A DNA stretch of 64,000 nt from Candidatus Omnitrophota bacterium (GCA_018830005.1 JAHJTE010000001.1:1332-65331), one strand, 5' to 3'. Shown: positions 10,545 through 20,663, numbered from the stretch's first letter. Translations and numbers: made by a program. Notes: a model not told the origin generated them from the sequence alone.

Positions 10545-10573
10545 ATTATATTACTTAAGACAACATAAATCAA
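10545..10573 (-). promoter_or_regulatory. Sigma70-type promoter for rny
   Basis: TTGATT-17 bp-TATAAT on minus strand. Confidence 0.6.
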
Positions 10574-10611
10574 GACTGCTAGCTGCAATCTTTAATCTTA
10601 CTATCTTTTGA

Positions 10612-11163
10612 TTATGCGCTGATTACTCTTTCTACTGGGAGGTCACAAGAGGTATGAGGCAGAGAAGAGACGATTTGAAAATCAAAGCAGACTCCAGCTG
10701 TATAAGTATTCTTAGATAGATTTTTCAAAAAACGGTCATAATAACCTTGACCTCTGCCTAATCTAAGACCTGAACGGTCAAAAGCAAGACCGGGAACAAC
10801 AACGAAGTCTAAATCTTTTTTTGGAATAGACCGAGAACAATCAAGTCTTGGCTGTGGACTACCAAATCTGCTTTCTTGCAATGAATTGCATAGACCTTTG
10901 ATTGCTCGCGGAATCAATCTCTTCTTATTTTCTGCTATGAATGGCAGGCCAACGACCTTACCTTTCTTAATTGCCTCTTTAATCATCTTATATGTATCTA
11001 CCTCACCAGCAAAAGATGCATAAAACATAACCGTCTTTGCACTCCTAAATCTTTTGAGCGCAAATAACTTATGCATAATCATTCTACTTTTTTTAAGTCT
11101 TAAAACCTCCTTCTGGTTTTTAAGCTTTTTTAGCATTATTTTTCTTACTGTTTTCTTGGTCAT
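10612..11163 (-). CDS. 5-formyltetrahydrofolate cyclo-ligase
   Basis: DFVVVPGLAFDRSGLRLGRGQGYYDRFL. Confidence 0.93.
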   Translation of the reverse strand: MTKKTVRKIMLKKLKNQKEVLRLKKSRMIMHKLFALKRFRSAKTVMFYASFAGEVDTYKMIKEAIKKGKVVGLPFIAENKKRLIPRAIKGLCNSLQESRFGSPQPRLDCSRSIPKKDLDFVVVPGLAFDRSGLRLGRGQGYYDRFLKNLSKNTYTAGVCFDFQIVSSLPHTSCDLPVERVISA

Positions 11164-11539
11164 TATTCGCTTCTCTTTTACGATAATCAGTAATTGCTGA
11201 CTTTAATGCCTCCTCGGCTAATACAGAGCAGTGCATCTTAATCTGTGGCAGACCTCCTAAGGCCTCGGCTACAGCCTTGTTGGAAATCTTTAGCGCCTCC
11301 TCTATTGTCTTTCCTTTAATTAATTCAGTAACCATTGAACTTGTAGCAATCGCGGCACCACAGCCATACGTTTTAAACTTTGCATCGCTAATTACGCCGT
11401 CTTCTACTTTAATATATAATCTTAAGATGTCCCCGCAGACGGGATTACCGACATTACCTATGCCACTGGCATCAGGTATCTCACCCACATTGCGCGGGTG
11501 AAGAAAATGCTCCATTACTTTTTCGCTGTATGCTTCCAT
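11120..11539 (-). CDS. iscU: Fe-S cluster scaffold IscU/NifU
   Basis: HFLHPRNVG, GNPVCGD, FKTYGCGAAIA, KMHCSVLA. Confidence 0.93.
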   Translation of the reverse strand: MEAYSEKVMEHFLHPRNVGEIPDASGIGNVGNPVCGDILRLYIKVEDGVISDAKFKTYGCGAAIATSSMVTELIKGKTIEEALKISNKAVAEALGGLPQIKMHCSVLAEEALKSAITDYRKREANNDQENSKKNNAKKA

Positions 11540-12192
11540 TACTGCTCCAACTTTAGTTTGTGGGGTTTAATGCTTTGTGAATGATCTTTAGGGTCTTGTA
11601 TCTGCCTAAACTTACCCAGATTTTTGTGTTTCTCTGCCTCTTTATAAATTAGGACCCAGGCGCAATCCTGATCTTTATCTACTTCGCACTTACCTTTATC
11701 CATACCGCCGCAAGGACCGTTAAGCAGGCCCTTTGCACAACGCGTAACCGGACAAATCCCTCCTGTTATATCCAGGACACACTCGCCGCAATGCGAACAA
11801 TATTCATTAAATTCACCTTTGGCATTTACAGTAGCAGCAAAGAGGGTGTCACAGCCAGGTAAAACTGGCTTATCCCAGCGGTCATTTTCCTTTACTGACT
11901 GCACTCCTGAGCCGCAAGAGAGAACCAACATTGCATCAGCCTCTTCTATCGCCTTCCTGTTTTTAGCAAAGGGGACCTTTACCTGCGCGGCAACACAAGG
12001 AGATTCAGAAACAACTGTCCCGGTTATTAGCTTGCCGGCTTTTTCCAAAGCAGGCTTAATCTTGGCAACCTCCTCTTCTCCGCCGCTTTTACAGGTCGTA
12101 GAACATGTACCGCAACCAACAATAAATATCTTGCTATAAGGGCTTAATATCTTTAGGATTTCTTCAAATGGTTTTTGTTTACTGATTATCAT
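11539..12192 (-). CDS. MetV-like Fe-S/Zn protein (methylene-THF reductase C-terminal-domain family)
   Basis: GCGTCSTTCKSGG, CSHCGECVL...GGICPVTRCAKGLLNGPCGG...CEV...CAW. Confidence 0.85.
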   Translation of the reverse strand: MIISKQKPFEEILKILSPYSKIFIVGCGTCSTTCKSGGEEEVAKIKPALEKAGKLITGTVVSESPCVAAQVKVPFAKNRKAIEEADAMLVLSCGSGVQSVKENDRWDKPVLPGCDTLFAATVNAKGEFNEYCSHCGECVLDITGGICPVTRCAKGLLNGPCGGMDKGKCEVDKDQDCAWVLIYKEAEKHKNLGKFRQIQDPKDHSQSIKPHKLKLEQ

Positions 12193-13516
12193 GCGCCCTT
12201 AATTCCTCCAGCCACTTCTTTATCTTGGCCTCATAACCCATGCTTGTCGGAATATAATATCTTTTCTTTTTGGGTATATATTTTTGCTTTACGTAATGTT
12301 TATCGTAATCATGGGCATATTTATAATCCTTACCATGTCCTAATTTCTCTGCCCCAGGATAGCTAGAATCGCGCAAATGCGCAGGTACTTCCAGAGTGCG
12401 TCCGGATTTAACGTCCTGGAGTGCATTCTCAATACCCATATAGGAAGCGTTTGATTTTGGCGAGCAGGCTATGAAAACTGCAGCCTGAGCCAGGGCAATC
12501 CTTGCCTCAGGCATACCAATGTATTCTAGAATATCTCTTGCTGCATTTGCCAGGACTAATGCCTGAGGTTGAGCATTACCAACATCCTCAGCAGCACAAA
12601 TACAGATTCTTCTGGCAATAAAACGCGCATCCTCTCCGGCATAAATCATCTTTGCTAACCAATAAAGCGTTGCATCTGGGTCAGAACCACGCATTGATTT
12701 GATAAATGCCGAGATAGTATCATAATGATTATCACCGTCGCGGTCATAGACAACAGCCTTTTTCTGAATTGACTCCTCGATAACTGAAAGTGTTAATCTA
12801 ATACAGCCTGATTTATCCTGCTCGGTTGTCAAGGCTGCTATCTCAATGGCATTAAGACAACGCCGCGCATCGCCATCTGCGACCTTGCAAAGAAAACTAC
12901 AGGCTGGTTCATCCAATACTATGTCTAATTTTCCCAGGCCACGTTGTTTATCCTTCAATGCCTTATTTATAATCTCCCTTAATTCCTCCTCGGTCAAAGG
13001 ATTAAGACTAAAAATATGCGAACGAGATAAAAGCGGACTGTTGAGAGAAAAGAAAGGATTCTCTACTGTGACCCCGATTAAGATGACCGTCTCATCCTCC
13101 ACAAAAGGATTTAAGACGTCCTGCTGTTGCTTATTGAAATGATGAAGCTCGTCGATAAAAAGGATTGTCCTTCTGCCGCTATTCCTCTTTCTGAGTTTTG
13201 CGCTTTCAGTAATCTTGCGCAGTTGATTAATGTTAGAGGTAACGGCATTGATCTGTTCGAAGTGGGCTTGTGTCTGAGAGCTTATGCAGAAGGCGAGAGA
13301 GGTCTTGCCTGTACCAGGTGGGCCATATAAAATAATCGAACTTAAACGATCTGCCTCAATACAACGCCGCAGGAGTCTACCAGAAGCCAGGATATGCTTC
13401 TGACCTACAAACTCCGTTAATTTACGCGGCCGCATTCTTGCAGCTAGAGGCCTATCGTAATCGGCATCCTTGGTATTTCTATCTATAAAAAAATCAAAAG
13501 TCTCTTTCTTTCTCAT
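12179..13516 (-). CDS. rarA: Replication-associated recombination protein A (RarA/MgsA)
   Basis: PLAARMRP, GPPGTGKT, FIDELH, ISAFIKSMRGSDPDA, YKYAHD. Confidence 0.95.
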   Translation of the reverse strand: MRKKETFDFFIDRNTKDADYDRPLAARMRPRKLTEFVGQKHILASGRLLRRCIEADRLSSIILYGPPGTGKTSLAFCISSQTQAHFEQINAVTSNINQLRKITESAKLRKRNSGRRTILFIDELHHFNKQQQDVLNPFVEDETVILIGVTVENPFFSLNSPLLSRSHIFSLNPLTEEELREIINKALKDKQRGLGKLDIVLDEPACSFLCKVADGDARRCLNAIEIAALTTEQDKSGCIRLTLSVIEESIQKKAVVYDRDGDNHYDTISAFIKSMRGSDPDATLYWLAKMIYAGEDARFIARRICICAAEDVGNAQPQALVLANAARDILEYIGMPEARIALAQAAVFIACSPKSNASYMGIENALQDVKSGRTLEVPAHLRDSSYPGAEKLGHGKDYKYAHDYDKHYVKQKYIPKKKRYYIPTSMGYEAKIKKWLEELRAHDNQ

Positions 13517-13570
13517 ATGTCAATTTACCCTTGCGGGTAAAGAAGCACATCAACTTATGTACACGACAAA

Positions 13571-13730
13571 AAACCCCGCTTGTGTCGTCGGATAGGATGA
13601 TGTGAACCGGTCTTCCTAAACGTGGGTGCCATCTCATCTGCCCACAAGCAAGATGAAGTAAAGCTCCCTGGAAAGTTGTGTTGGTTCTACAAATATCAAG
13701 TCTATCCGGCGAACACTGCAGGGAATCTTT
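13571..13730 (-). ncRNA. ssrS: 6S RNA
   Basis: Minus strand ATTCCCTGCAGTGTTCG...GAACCAACAC...CCAGGGAGC...CACCCAC...GGTTC...ACAAGCGGGG; ends pair into a rod; pheT/cyclo-ligase neighbourhood; ends approximate. Confidence 0.85.
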
Positions 13731-13741
13731 CAATCATCTTT

Positions 13742-13770
13742 AGTATAACATGCGGCCAACTAAATTGCAA
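13742..13770 (-). promoter_or_regulatory. Sigma70 promoter of 6S RNA
   Basis: TTGCAA-17 bp-TATACT. Confidence 0.72.
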
Positions 13771-13790
13771 GGGAAACTGCTTTTTAGCTT

Positions 13791-15878
13791 CTATCTTATT
13801 TGAGCAGAAAATCTATCCGTAAGCAAATCCTTTACTTTCTCCAGCGCGGCATTTATCTCCTCCTCTTTCAAGGTGCGATCAAAGGCTGCAAATTTAAGAG
13901 AAAAGGATAGGCTGCGAGAACCTTTCGGAATATTGGCTCCCCTGTATTCATCAAAGAGCAAAATCTCCTTCAAAATCGGTATATCTTTTTTTAGGATTTC
14001 ATCCTTTATTGTTTTTATGCGAACTCCCTTCTCTATAATAATGCTTATGTCTCTGGCAGCAGTAGGAAAAACAGAGAATTTAGTAAAACTCTTGCCTAGA
14101 TTGGAGATGGCCAGTAGCTTATCCAACCCTATCAGGGCTAGGAATACGTTCTTCTTGCGGATTCCCCACTTCTTTAATGTAAGATCCTCTACTTTGCCAA
14201 AATGACCTATGCTGCTGCCTTGACAGCTAACCCCTATACCTATGCCATTCTCATAGGGCGTTAATGCTTGCGGGGAAAAATCCAGCCTGGCTATATCAAT
14301 TCCTAAACGCAGGAAACAAGTCTCCAGGATACCTTTTATATCAAAAAGCGAGAAGTCTGCTTTCTCCTTTAGACAGGCCTGGCGATACCAATCATCTATT
14401 TTCTTTCCTGCTGCCAGAATCCCCATCTCTTGAGACTCCTCTATCTTACTGCTTGTGTCTTTAAAAACAGCTCCCATCTCAAAAATATTTACATCATCTA
14501 TCGAGCGATTAAAATTATACGCTGCTACATCTAGGAGTCCGGCTAAAAGACTGAGCCGTAAAACCTCCTGCTCTTTGCTTAAAGGATTTTCGATTCTTAC
14601 TATTTCTTTGCCATCTACGGATAAGATACTGGCCTTGGCCTCACTCTCCAGACTATAAGAAATGACTTCAAAAAATCCAGAGGCACAAAGAGTACGCTTG
14701 ATAACTCTTTTGCACTCATCCAGAAATACACTCTCCCTCTGCTGCGGCTTGGCTATAATTGCAGGTAATGTCAAGCCTATATTATCGTATCCTGAGATAC
14801 GTACGATCTCTTCAATTACATCTTCTTGACCTTCTATGTCCTTTCGAAAATCCGGCGCCTTTATCGTGAGTCTTGACTTAGATTGTGTCTTTACGCTAAA
14901 CTCCAATCTTTTTAAAATCTTTACAATCGTCTCTTTTGCCAAATCCGTGCCGAGAAGTTTATTGACATAAAGACAATCTAATTTTAAAGTTACCTCTTTG
15001 TTTTTTGGTTTTGCAGCAGCCGCTGCAAAGATACGTGAGCACCTAGCCTTGGGTGATGTCTTTAGGATTAAATCGGCAACGCGCTCCTGTGCCTTAGAAA
15101 CGCCGCAAAGATTTACATCACGCTCGAACCTATAGGAAGATTCAGTGTTTAGGCCTAATTTCTGGCGGCTAGTTCTTATGGTTATGGGATCAAAATATGC
15201 GCTTTCAAGAAGCAGTCTCTTTGTAGAACTATCTACCTCTGAGTCTTTTCCGCCCATAACACCGGCAATAGCAATAGGGCCTAATCTATCAGCAATAACA
15301 AGGATCTCACAAGATAGCTGGCGCGTTTCTCCATCAATCGTTACTATCTTCTCATCCTTCTTGGCGCGGCGCACAATTATCTCTATCGGCATCTTGCATC
15401 TATTAAGGATCTTATCCAAATCAAAGGCATGCAAAGGCTGACCCATCTCGAGTAATACATAATTTGTAATATCTACAATGCTATTAACGCCTCTTAGGCC
15501 AATAACGCCCAGGCGATTCAGCATGTGGCAGGATGAGGTCTTAACCAAGGCATTATCAATAACCCTGGCTGTATACAGGGGGCAGTCTTTTTTGTTTTCG
15601 ATTTTAACAGATACCTGATCTGACTTCTCTCGCCTTATGTCTTTAATGCTTGGCAGTCTTAGCTTCTTGTCATAAATAGCAGCAACTTCTCGGGCTATGC
15701 CGATATGGCTTAAGCAATCAGGGCGATTTGAGGTAACCTCGATATCTAAGACCCAATCATCGCCAGTTTTTCTGTAATCAGTTACCTCAAGTCCAGCCAT
15801 AGTTAATTTATGGGCCAGTTTATCAACGGGTTGTTTTATTACGATGTAATCTTTTAACCAATTATAGGATATCTTCAT
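13791..15878 (-). CDS. pheT: Phenylalanine--tRNA ligase beta subunit (short form without the B2 OB domain)
   Basis: MKISYNWLKDY, NRPDCLSH, GQPLHAFD, C-terminal anticodon-binding domain (RDIS...RTL). Confidence 0.96.
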   Translation of the reverse strand: MKISYNWLKDYIVIKQPVDKLAHKLTMAGLEVTDYRKTGDDWVLDIEVTSNRPDCLSHIGIAREVAAIYDKKLRLPSIKDIRREKSDQVSVKIENKKDCPLYTARVIDNALVKTSSCHMLNRLGVIGLRGVNSIVDITNYVLLEMGQPLHAFDLDKILNRCKMPIEIIVRRAKKDEKIVTIDGETRQLSCEILVIADRLGPIAIAGVMGGKDSEVDSSTKRLLLESAYFDPITIRTSRQKLGLNTESSYRFERDVNLCGVSKAQERVADLILKTSPKARCSRIFAAAAAKPKNKEVTLKLDCLYVNKLLGTDLAKETIVKILKRLEFSVKTQSKSRLTIKAPDFRKDIEGQEDVIEEIVRISGYDNIGLTLPAIIAKPQQRESVFLDECKRVIKRTLCASGFFEVISYSLESEAKASILSVDGKEIVRIENPLSKEQEVLRLSLLAGLLDVAAYNFNRSIDDVNIFEMGAVFKDTSSKIEESQEMGILAAGKKIDDWYRQACLKEKADFSLFDIKGILETCFLRLGIDIARLDFSPQALTPYENGIGIGVSCQGSSIGHFGKVEDLTLKKWGIRKKNVFLALIGLDKLLAISNLGKSFTKFSVFPTAARDISIIIEKGVRIKTIKDEILKKDIPILKEILLFDEYRGANIPKGSRSLSFSLKFAAFDRTLKEEEINAALEKVKDLLTDRFSAQIR

Positions 15879-15884
15879 ATTAAA

Positions 15885-16907
15885 TCAGAATTGCTCCAAA
15901 AATCGTAAATCGTTTTCAAAGAATAGACGGATATCGCCTATGCCACACTTTAGCATCGCAATACGCTCAATCCCCATGCCAAAGGCAAATCCTCTATAGC
16001 GTCCTGCTGGGTAGCCGACGTGTTTAAATACATTAGGATGAATCATCCCTGCCCCTAAAACTTCAAGCCAACCTTTTCCGCCACAGACACTACAGTGACC
16101 TTTTTTACTACTACATATTATGCAGGATATATCTACCTCTGCCGATGGTTCGGTAAATGGGAAAAAATGCGGCCGAAAGCGCATCTTTATATCCGGGCCG
16201 AATAGTTCCTTGGCAAATAAATCTAATACACCCTTTAGATCAGAAAATCTTATATCAGTGGAAACGACAAAGCCCTCGATCTGATGAAACATAAAAGAAT
16301 GAGAGGCGTCTGTTGCATCTGGGCGGTATACCTTTCCTGGGACCACCACAGCCAAAGGTGGTGCGCAGTTTTTCATTACCCTTATCTGCACAGGTGAAGT
16401 GTGACTGCGCAGCAGTAATCTCTCTTGTGTCTTTAAATAGAACGTGTCGAATGCATCTCGGGAAGGATGATTTAAGGGGATGTTCAAACCAGTAAAATTA
16501 TTAAATTCTGTCTCAACCTCAGGACCCTCTACAACCTCAAACCCCATTTTTTCAAAAATAGCACAGGTATTATCTATGGTTTGATTTATTATGTGTTCTT
16601 TGCCCAGCCGCGTCTTAATGCCATCAGCAGTGAAATCAATATCGCCACAGGCAAGAATTGGCTTTTTCTTAAGTTGTCTTGATTTATTATCAGCCTCTCG
16701 CGTGATATCTGCCTTTAACTTGTTTAGGGCCTTACCAAATTGCGGTCTTTCTTGAGTAGAAACAGATTTTATATTCTTAAAATACTCAGGCAACAACCCC
16801 TTGCGGCTAAGATACTTTACCTTGAGCTTATCAAGCTCCTCAACCGTGGCTGCATTTTCAATCTCTTTCAGCGCCTGTTCCTGAATATGCTTAAGATCAG
16901 CAAACAT
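15885..16907 (-). CDS. pheS: Phenylalanine--tRNA ligase alpha subunit
   Basis: HPSRDAFDTFY, LRSHTSPVQ, FHQIEG, FPFTEPSAE, GFAFGMGIER. Confidence 0.97.
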   Translation of the reverse strand: MFADLKHIQEQALKEIENAATVEELDKLKVKYLSRKGLLPEYFKNIKSVSTQERPQFGKALNKLKADITREADNKSRQLKKKPILACGDIDFTADGIKTRLGKEHIINQTIDNTCAIFEKMGFEVVEGPEVETEFNNFTGLNIPLNHPSRDAFDTFYLKTQERLLLRSHTSPVQIRVMKNCAPPLAVVVPGKVYRPDATDASHSFMFHQIEGFVVSTDIRFSDLKGVLDLFAKELFGPDIKMRFRPHFFPFTEPSAEVDISCIICSSKKGHCSVCGGKGWLEVLGAGMIHPNVFKHVGYPAGRYRGFAFGMGIERIAMLKCGIGDIRLFFENDLRFLEQF

Positions 16908-17362
16908 AATACCCCCAGGCTCAGATATAGAGCCAGTCTTTTTCTCTCGGGATTTATCTTCTCTGGTAAAAATTTGCCCTTTTCTATTGTTGCTAAATTT
17001 TGAGCATGTATATCAAGATCGCCACCGTGCGCCTTGCATCTGACATTGAATATACCTTGAATCTCAATATAATCGCCCCGCACTCCGTGGGTCCCGACAA
17101 AGCGAATGAGCGGTTTAAGCCTTACTGGTGCCCAGATGCCAATAGCAGTGTCGCAAGTATGGTCTAATATATTTATCCAGAAGAAATTGCCTCTTACCAT
17201 TATATCGCCAACTGCCTCGCCCTGATAGACGATTGCCTTACCGTCATAATCTTGACTATTTTCAATCAAGTCCTTTGCGCTTACCACATCCTGGGCAAGG
17301 ATATTCTTAGGTTGCAGGCACAAAAAACTTAAGGCAATCAAAATGATACATAACTTATTCAT
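16868..17362 (-). CDS. Membrane-anchored OB-fold-like protein
   Basis: N-terminal signal/TM, beta-rich core (YQGEAVGD...GDYIEIQG...HGGDLDIH), C-terminal TM. Confidence 0.7.
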   Translation of the reverse strand: MNKLCIILIALSFLCLQPKNILAQDVVSAKDLIENSQDYDGKAIVYQGEAVGDIMVRGNFFWINILDHTCDTAIGIWAPVRLKPLIRFVGTHGVRGDYIEIQGIFNVRCKAHGGDLDIHAQNLATIEKGKFLPEKINPERKRLALYLSLGVLCLLILSIFRNRR

Positions 17363-18865
17363 CTACTTTCCTTTTATGGCTGAAACAATAAAGCCGATCA
17401 AAACAAAAACTGACATAAATTCAAGCCGCCCTATCCACATCTGAAAAATGTATACAATCTTTAACGCCTGCGGCATTGTCGGCGAGGTAATGCCGCATGA
17501 AAGACCGACATTTGCTGCAGCTGAGGTAGACTCAAAAAGAGAAGACAATAAAGAATAACCCATAAACATCCCCATCAAGGATCCGAAAGAATATAGAAAA
17601 AGAAATGCCAAGAAAATAGTTAAGGCTGATCTAACGTGTTTCTCCTCCAGGATCATGTCTTTTATGTGGTGTATTTTGCCAACTACAATAGCACGTTCGC
17701 TCAAGAGTATGCTCTTTATATCCTGGACAAGCGCCTTAAAAAGCACTCCGATTCTCAAAAGTTTTATTCCTCCGGTAGTAGAACAAACACAGCCTCCTAT
17801 GGCCATAGCAACGATAAGACCTACCAAGGCTAAAGAGTTCCAACTAGCTACCATCTGCTGCGGATAAAGATTAGTATGACCTGTGCCTGTGTGGGCGGAA
17901 AATACCTGAAAGAAACCCCTGCGCATGAGCATAACAGCGTTAGGATAGATATTAAGCCGATGAAGGGCAAGGGCAGTTATAAAGAAAGCAATGCTTAAGG
18001 TTACAATAAACGTAATTATCTCTATATTCCTGCGTAATTCCTTGCGATCCCCGGTCCAGATAGTATGATGTAGTTTGAAATTTAATGCTCCCAGAAACAT
18101 CAAGAAAATACTGACAAGCTCAAAAAGCGGGCTGTGATAATAAAGCATGTTCTGCGATTGAGGGCTAAATCCTCCTGTGTCAAAGGCTGCCATGAAAATG
18201 CAAGAGCCATGAAAAAATGCCCTGCCCCAAGACAGGCCCTCAAACTTTCCCACCAAAGACAATACTATTGTACCGATAATAAAATAGACAATGCTTACCA
18301 GCCAGATGAAACGCGCTGTCTGGATTATATTTGGCAGGATCTTCTCCTCTCTTGCCTCCCCCACATACATCTTTAAGGCGCCGGAGAAGCCTTTTAAGAG
18401 AAAGGCTAAAACAACAACCACGATCCCCTGCCCGCCAATAAACATAATCAAATGCCGCCATAGGTTTACAGAAAGCGGCAGATGGTCTAAATCCGTAACC
18501 AAAACTAATCCTGTAGTCGCAAATCCGCTCATGGCATCAAAACATGCATCTAGAAAGGAGCGCCAGTGGCCGCTTAAATAAAAAGGAATTGCGCCAAAGA
18601 CCATAGCCAGCAACCAAGATAAGGCAACCACAATCATACCCTGCGTCCAATTAAGATCTTTTCCAGTCCGGCATAAAATAGTCATGCTAAGACCGACGAT
18701 CAAGGCCAAGGATGCAGCTATTAAAAAATCGAATCCAGCAGGATTCTCCCCTAAGCATAAAGCAACAATAAGCGGGATGAACATCACCAGACCTAAACCG
18801 ATAGCGATTTTGCCGATAAAAAATGCGATTATTTGTAAATCTTCTCTTTGTGGTTTAAGAATCAT
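17363..18865 (-). CDS. trkH: TrkH-family potassium uptake membrane protein
   Basis: Multiple TMs with selectivity loops SGFATTG, FDTGGF, GTG, ANVGLS; GGIK and GRLE. Confidence 0.93.
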   Translation of the reverse strand: MILKPQREDLQIIAFFIGKIAIGLGLVMFIPLIVALCLGENPAGFDFLIAASLALIVGLSMTILCRTGKDLNWTQGMIVVALSWLLAMVFGAIPFYLSGHWRSFLDACFDAMSGFATTGLVLVTDLDHLPLSVNLWRHLIMFIGGQGIVVVVLAFLLKGFSGALKMYVGEAREEKILPNIIQTARFIWLVSIVYFIIGTIVLSLVGKFEGLSWGRAFFHGSCIFMAAFDTGGFSPQSQNMLYYHSPLFELVSIFLMFLGALNFKLHHTIWTGDRKELRRNIEIITFIVTLSIAFFITALALHRLNIYPNAVMLMRRGFFQVFSAHTGTGHTNLYPQQMVASWNSLALVGLIVAMAIGGCVCSTTGGIKLLRIGVLFKALVQDIKSILLSERAIVVGKIHHIKDMILEEKHVRSALTIFLAFLFLYSFGSLMGMFMGYSLLSSLFESTSAAANVGLSCGITSPTMPQALKIVYIFQMWIGRLEFMSVFVLIGFIVSAIKGK

Positions 18866-18917
18866 AGATTGGCTTTATATATATTTTAAACCTCTTACTT
18901 ACATAGCATACAGCGGG

Positions 18918-19040
18918 CTAACGAGGCAAATGAACAATAATCAAACTTAACAGAAATGCGAAAATAAAAATATAAGCAGCAAAGCTTAACTCCGCAATTA
19001 TTCCTAAGACGGCCTTCTTAAATGGAATGAGTAATTTCAT
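18918..19040 (-). CDS. Unannotated 40-aa single-TM small protein in trk cluster
   Basis: MKLLIPFKKAVLGIIAELSFAAYIFIFAFLLSLIIVHLPR*; ATGA overlap with trkA stop. Confidence 0.6.
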   Translation of the reverse strand: MKLLIPFKKAVLGIIAELSFAAYIFIFAFLLSLIIVHLPR

Positions 19041-19699
19041 ATCTTGCCAATAAGGGCATTGAGGAGCTGCTGTTCATTTTCGATTAATGTAAGGGCAATG
19101 ATATCATCTCCTGCCTCTAAAACTGTATCGCCTTTAGGCACAATCACCTCATCGCCTCGAATAATGGAAACAAAAACCGAATCAGCCGGCAGCTTAATGG
19201 ACTGGACATCTTTCTTTATCACGGGTGAATCCGCCGGTAAATCAACTCTCACAATAGCAAGTTTTCCGCGTTTAAAACTTAGGAGATTGACAAAGTCGGC
19301 AAACGAGACCTCTTCTTCAACAATCTTGGCGATGATCTCAGTAGCGTCTATGGGGACATCAACCCCTAACTGACTGAATATCTTTTCATTGGCTGGGTCA
19401 TTTACTCGCGAGACAGTACGCGCCACATGAAATTTCTCCTTAGCCAGCTGACAAATCACTAAATTATCCTCATCGCTTCCTGTTACCACAGCAACAACAT
19501 CGCAACGATCAATGCGCGCATCCTCCAAGACATGAGGATCGCAGCCGTCTCCGCAGATTACTAAGGCGTTTAATATCTTGGCCAACTCTTCGCAGACTTC
19601 CTTATCGCTATCAATAAGTACCACAGCATGTTTATCCGCGATTAAACGCGTAGCCAGAGAATATCCGACCCTTCCTGCTCCAACAATTATTATATACAC
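19037..19699 (-). CDS. trkA: TrkA-family RCK protein (RCK_N + RCK_C)
   Basis: GAGRVG Rossmann motif, VTGSDEDN, C-terminal IIRGDEVIVPKGDTVL. Confidence 0.92.
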   Translation of the reverse strand: MYIIIVGAGRVGYSLATRLIADKHAVVLIDSDKEVCEELAKILNALVICGDGCDPHVLEDARIDRCDVVAVVTGSDEDNLVICQLAKEKFHVARTVSRVNDPANEKIFSQLGVDVPIDATEIIAKIVEEEVSFADFVNLLSFKRGKLAIVRVDLPADSPVIKKDVQSIKLPADSVFVSIIRGDEVIVPKGDTVLEAGDDIIALTLIENEQQLLNALIGKI

Positions 19700-19732
19700 C
19701 GCGCCCTCCTTGGATGAACAGGCAGCATAAAC

Positions 19733-20128
19733 CTATTTAATTTTATCTTTGATAACTTCAGCAAAAATAACCGTGCCGCTTACTGTATCAAGCCCTAATG
19801 TCTTATAAATGGCTGCCCTCTGAGGATCATATACACGTGCAAAGACCTTAGGCACTTTAAAAATCTTCTTAGCAATCTGCGAGGCCATAATATTCGTATT
19901 GTCATAATCAGTCAGGGCGCAAAAGACATCTGCCTTTTCAATGCCCGCCTTCTTCAGCACATCGCTATTACATCCGTTGCCCGTCTGTGTGATGCCGTTA
20001 AAGGTCTGGCCAACGCGATCAAAGGCGGCGATGTTTTTGTCCACAACCACTACGTTATGGCCTTCCTCGCTTAAAAGCTTAGCTAACTGTGCCCCGACTC
20101 TTCCACAACCAACAATAATTATGTACAT
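19733..20128 (-). CDS. TrkA-N-only RCK protein
   Basis: GCGRVG motif, ALTDYDNTN, ARVYDP; no RCK_C. Confidence 0.88.
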   Translation of the reverse strand: MYIIIVGCGRVGAQLAKLLSEEGHNVVVVDKNIAAFDRVGQTFNGITQTGNGCNSDVLKKAGIEKADVFCALTDYDNTNIMASQIAKKIFKVPKVFARVYDPQRAAIYKTLGLDTVSGTVIFAEVIKDKIK

Positions 20129-20202
20129 AGTAAACCTCTAAAGTTTAGTCCTCAGCTTCCAGTTTTGAAGATTTATCTTTCTGATAACTAATAACTCTCA
20201 GA

Positions 20203-20550
20203 TTAGTGCTTGCTGATTTCAACCAACTTCTTAAACGTCTTAGGATCATTTACTGCCACATCCGCAAGCATCTTCCTATCTAGGGCTATCTTTGCCTTGA
20301 GGAGGCCATTGATAAAGCGGCTATAACTTATCTTGTTCAGTCTGCAGGCAGCATTGATTCGCACAATCCAAAGCCTGCGAAAATCACGCTTGCGCACTCT
20401 TCTGTCACGATAGGCAAAAGCAAGCCCGCGTTCTACCGTACCCTTTGCAAGTTTATATCGCTTACTACGGTCTCCCCAGAAACCCTTTGCTGCCTTTAAT
20501 ATCTTTTTTCTTCTTTTTCTACTTCCGGGACTCCTTGTTGATCGTGCCAT
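20203..20550 (-). CDS. rplT: 50S ribosomal protein L20
   Basis: [27 protein letters not shown]. Confidence 0.97.
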   Translation of the reverse strand: MARSTRSPGSRKRRKKILKAAKGFWGDRSKRYKLAKGTVERGLAFAYRDRRVRKRDFRRLWIVRINAACRLNKISYSRFINGLLKAKIALDRKMLADVAVNDPKTFKKLVEISKH

Positions 20551-20663
20551 GCTCTACCCCTCTCATTGTAATTAACACAGGCGATCTCAAATAAATTCAT
20601 CTTAAGATCATCTGTATGTTTTGTCCCGTTAGATATTCATACATCCGACGGGATCATATACAT

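Noticed and set aside
13494-13822. ORFs 13494-13733 (-) and 13622-13822 (+)
   Set aside because: They overlap the 6S RNA and its promoter and have no protein-like features
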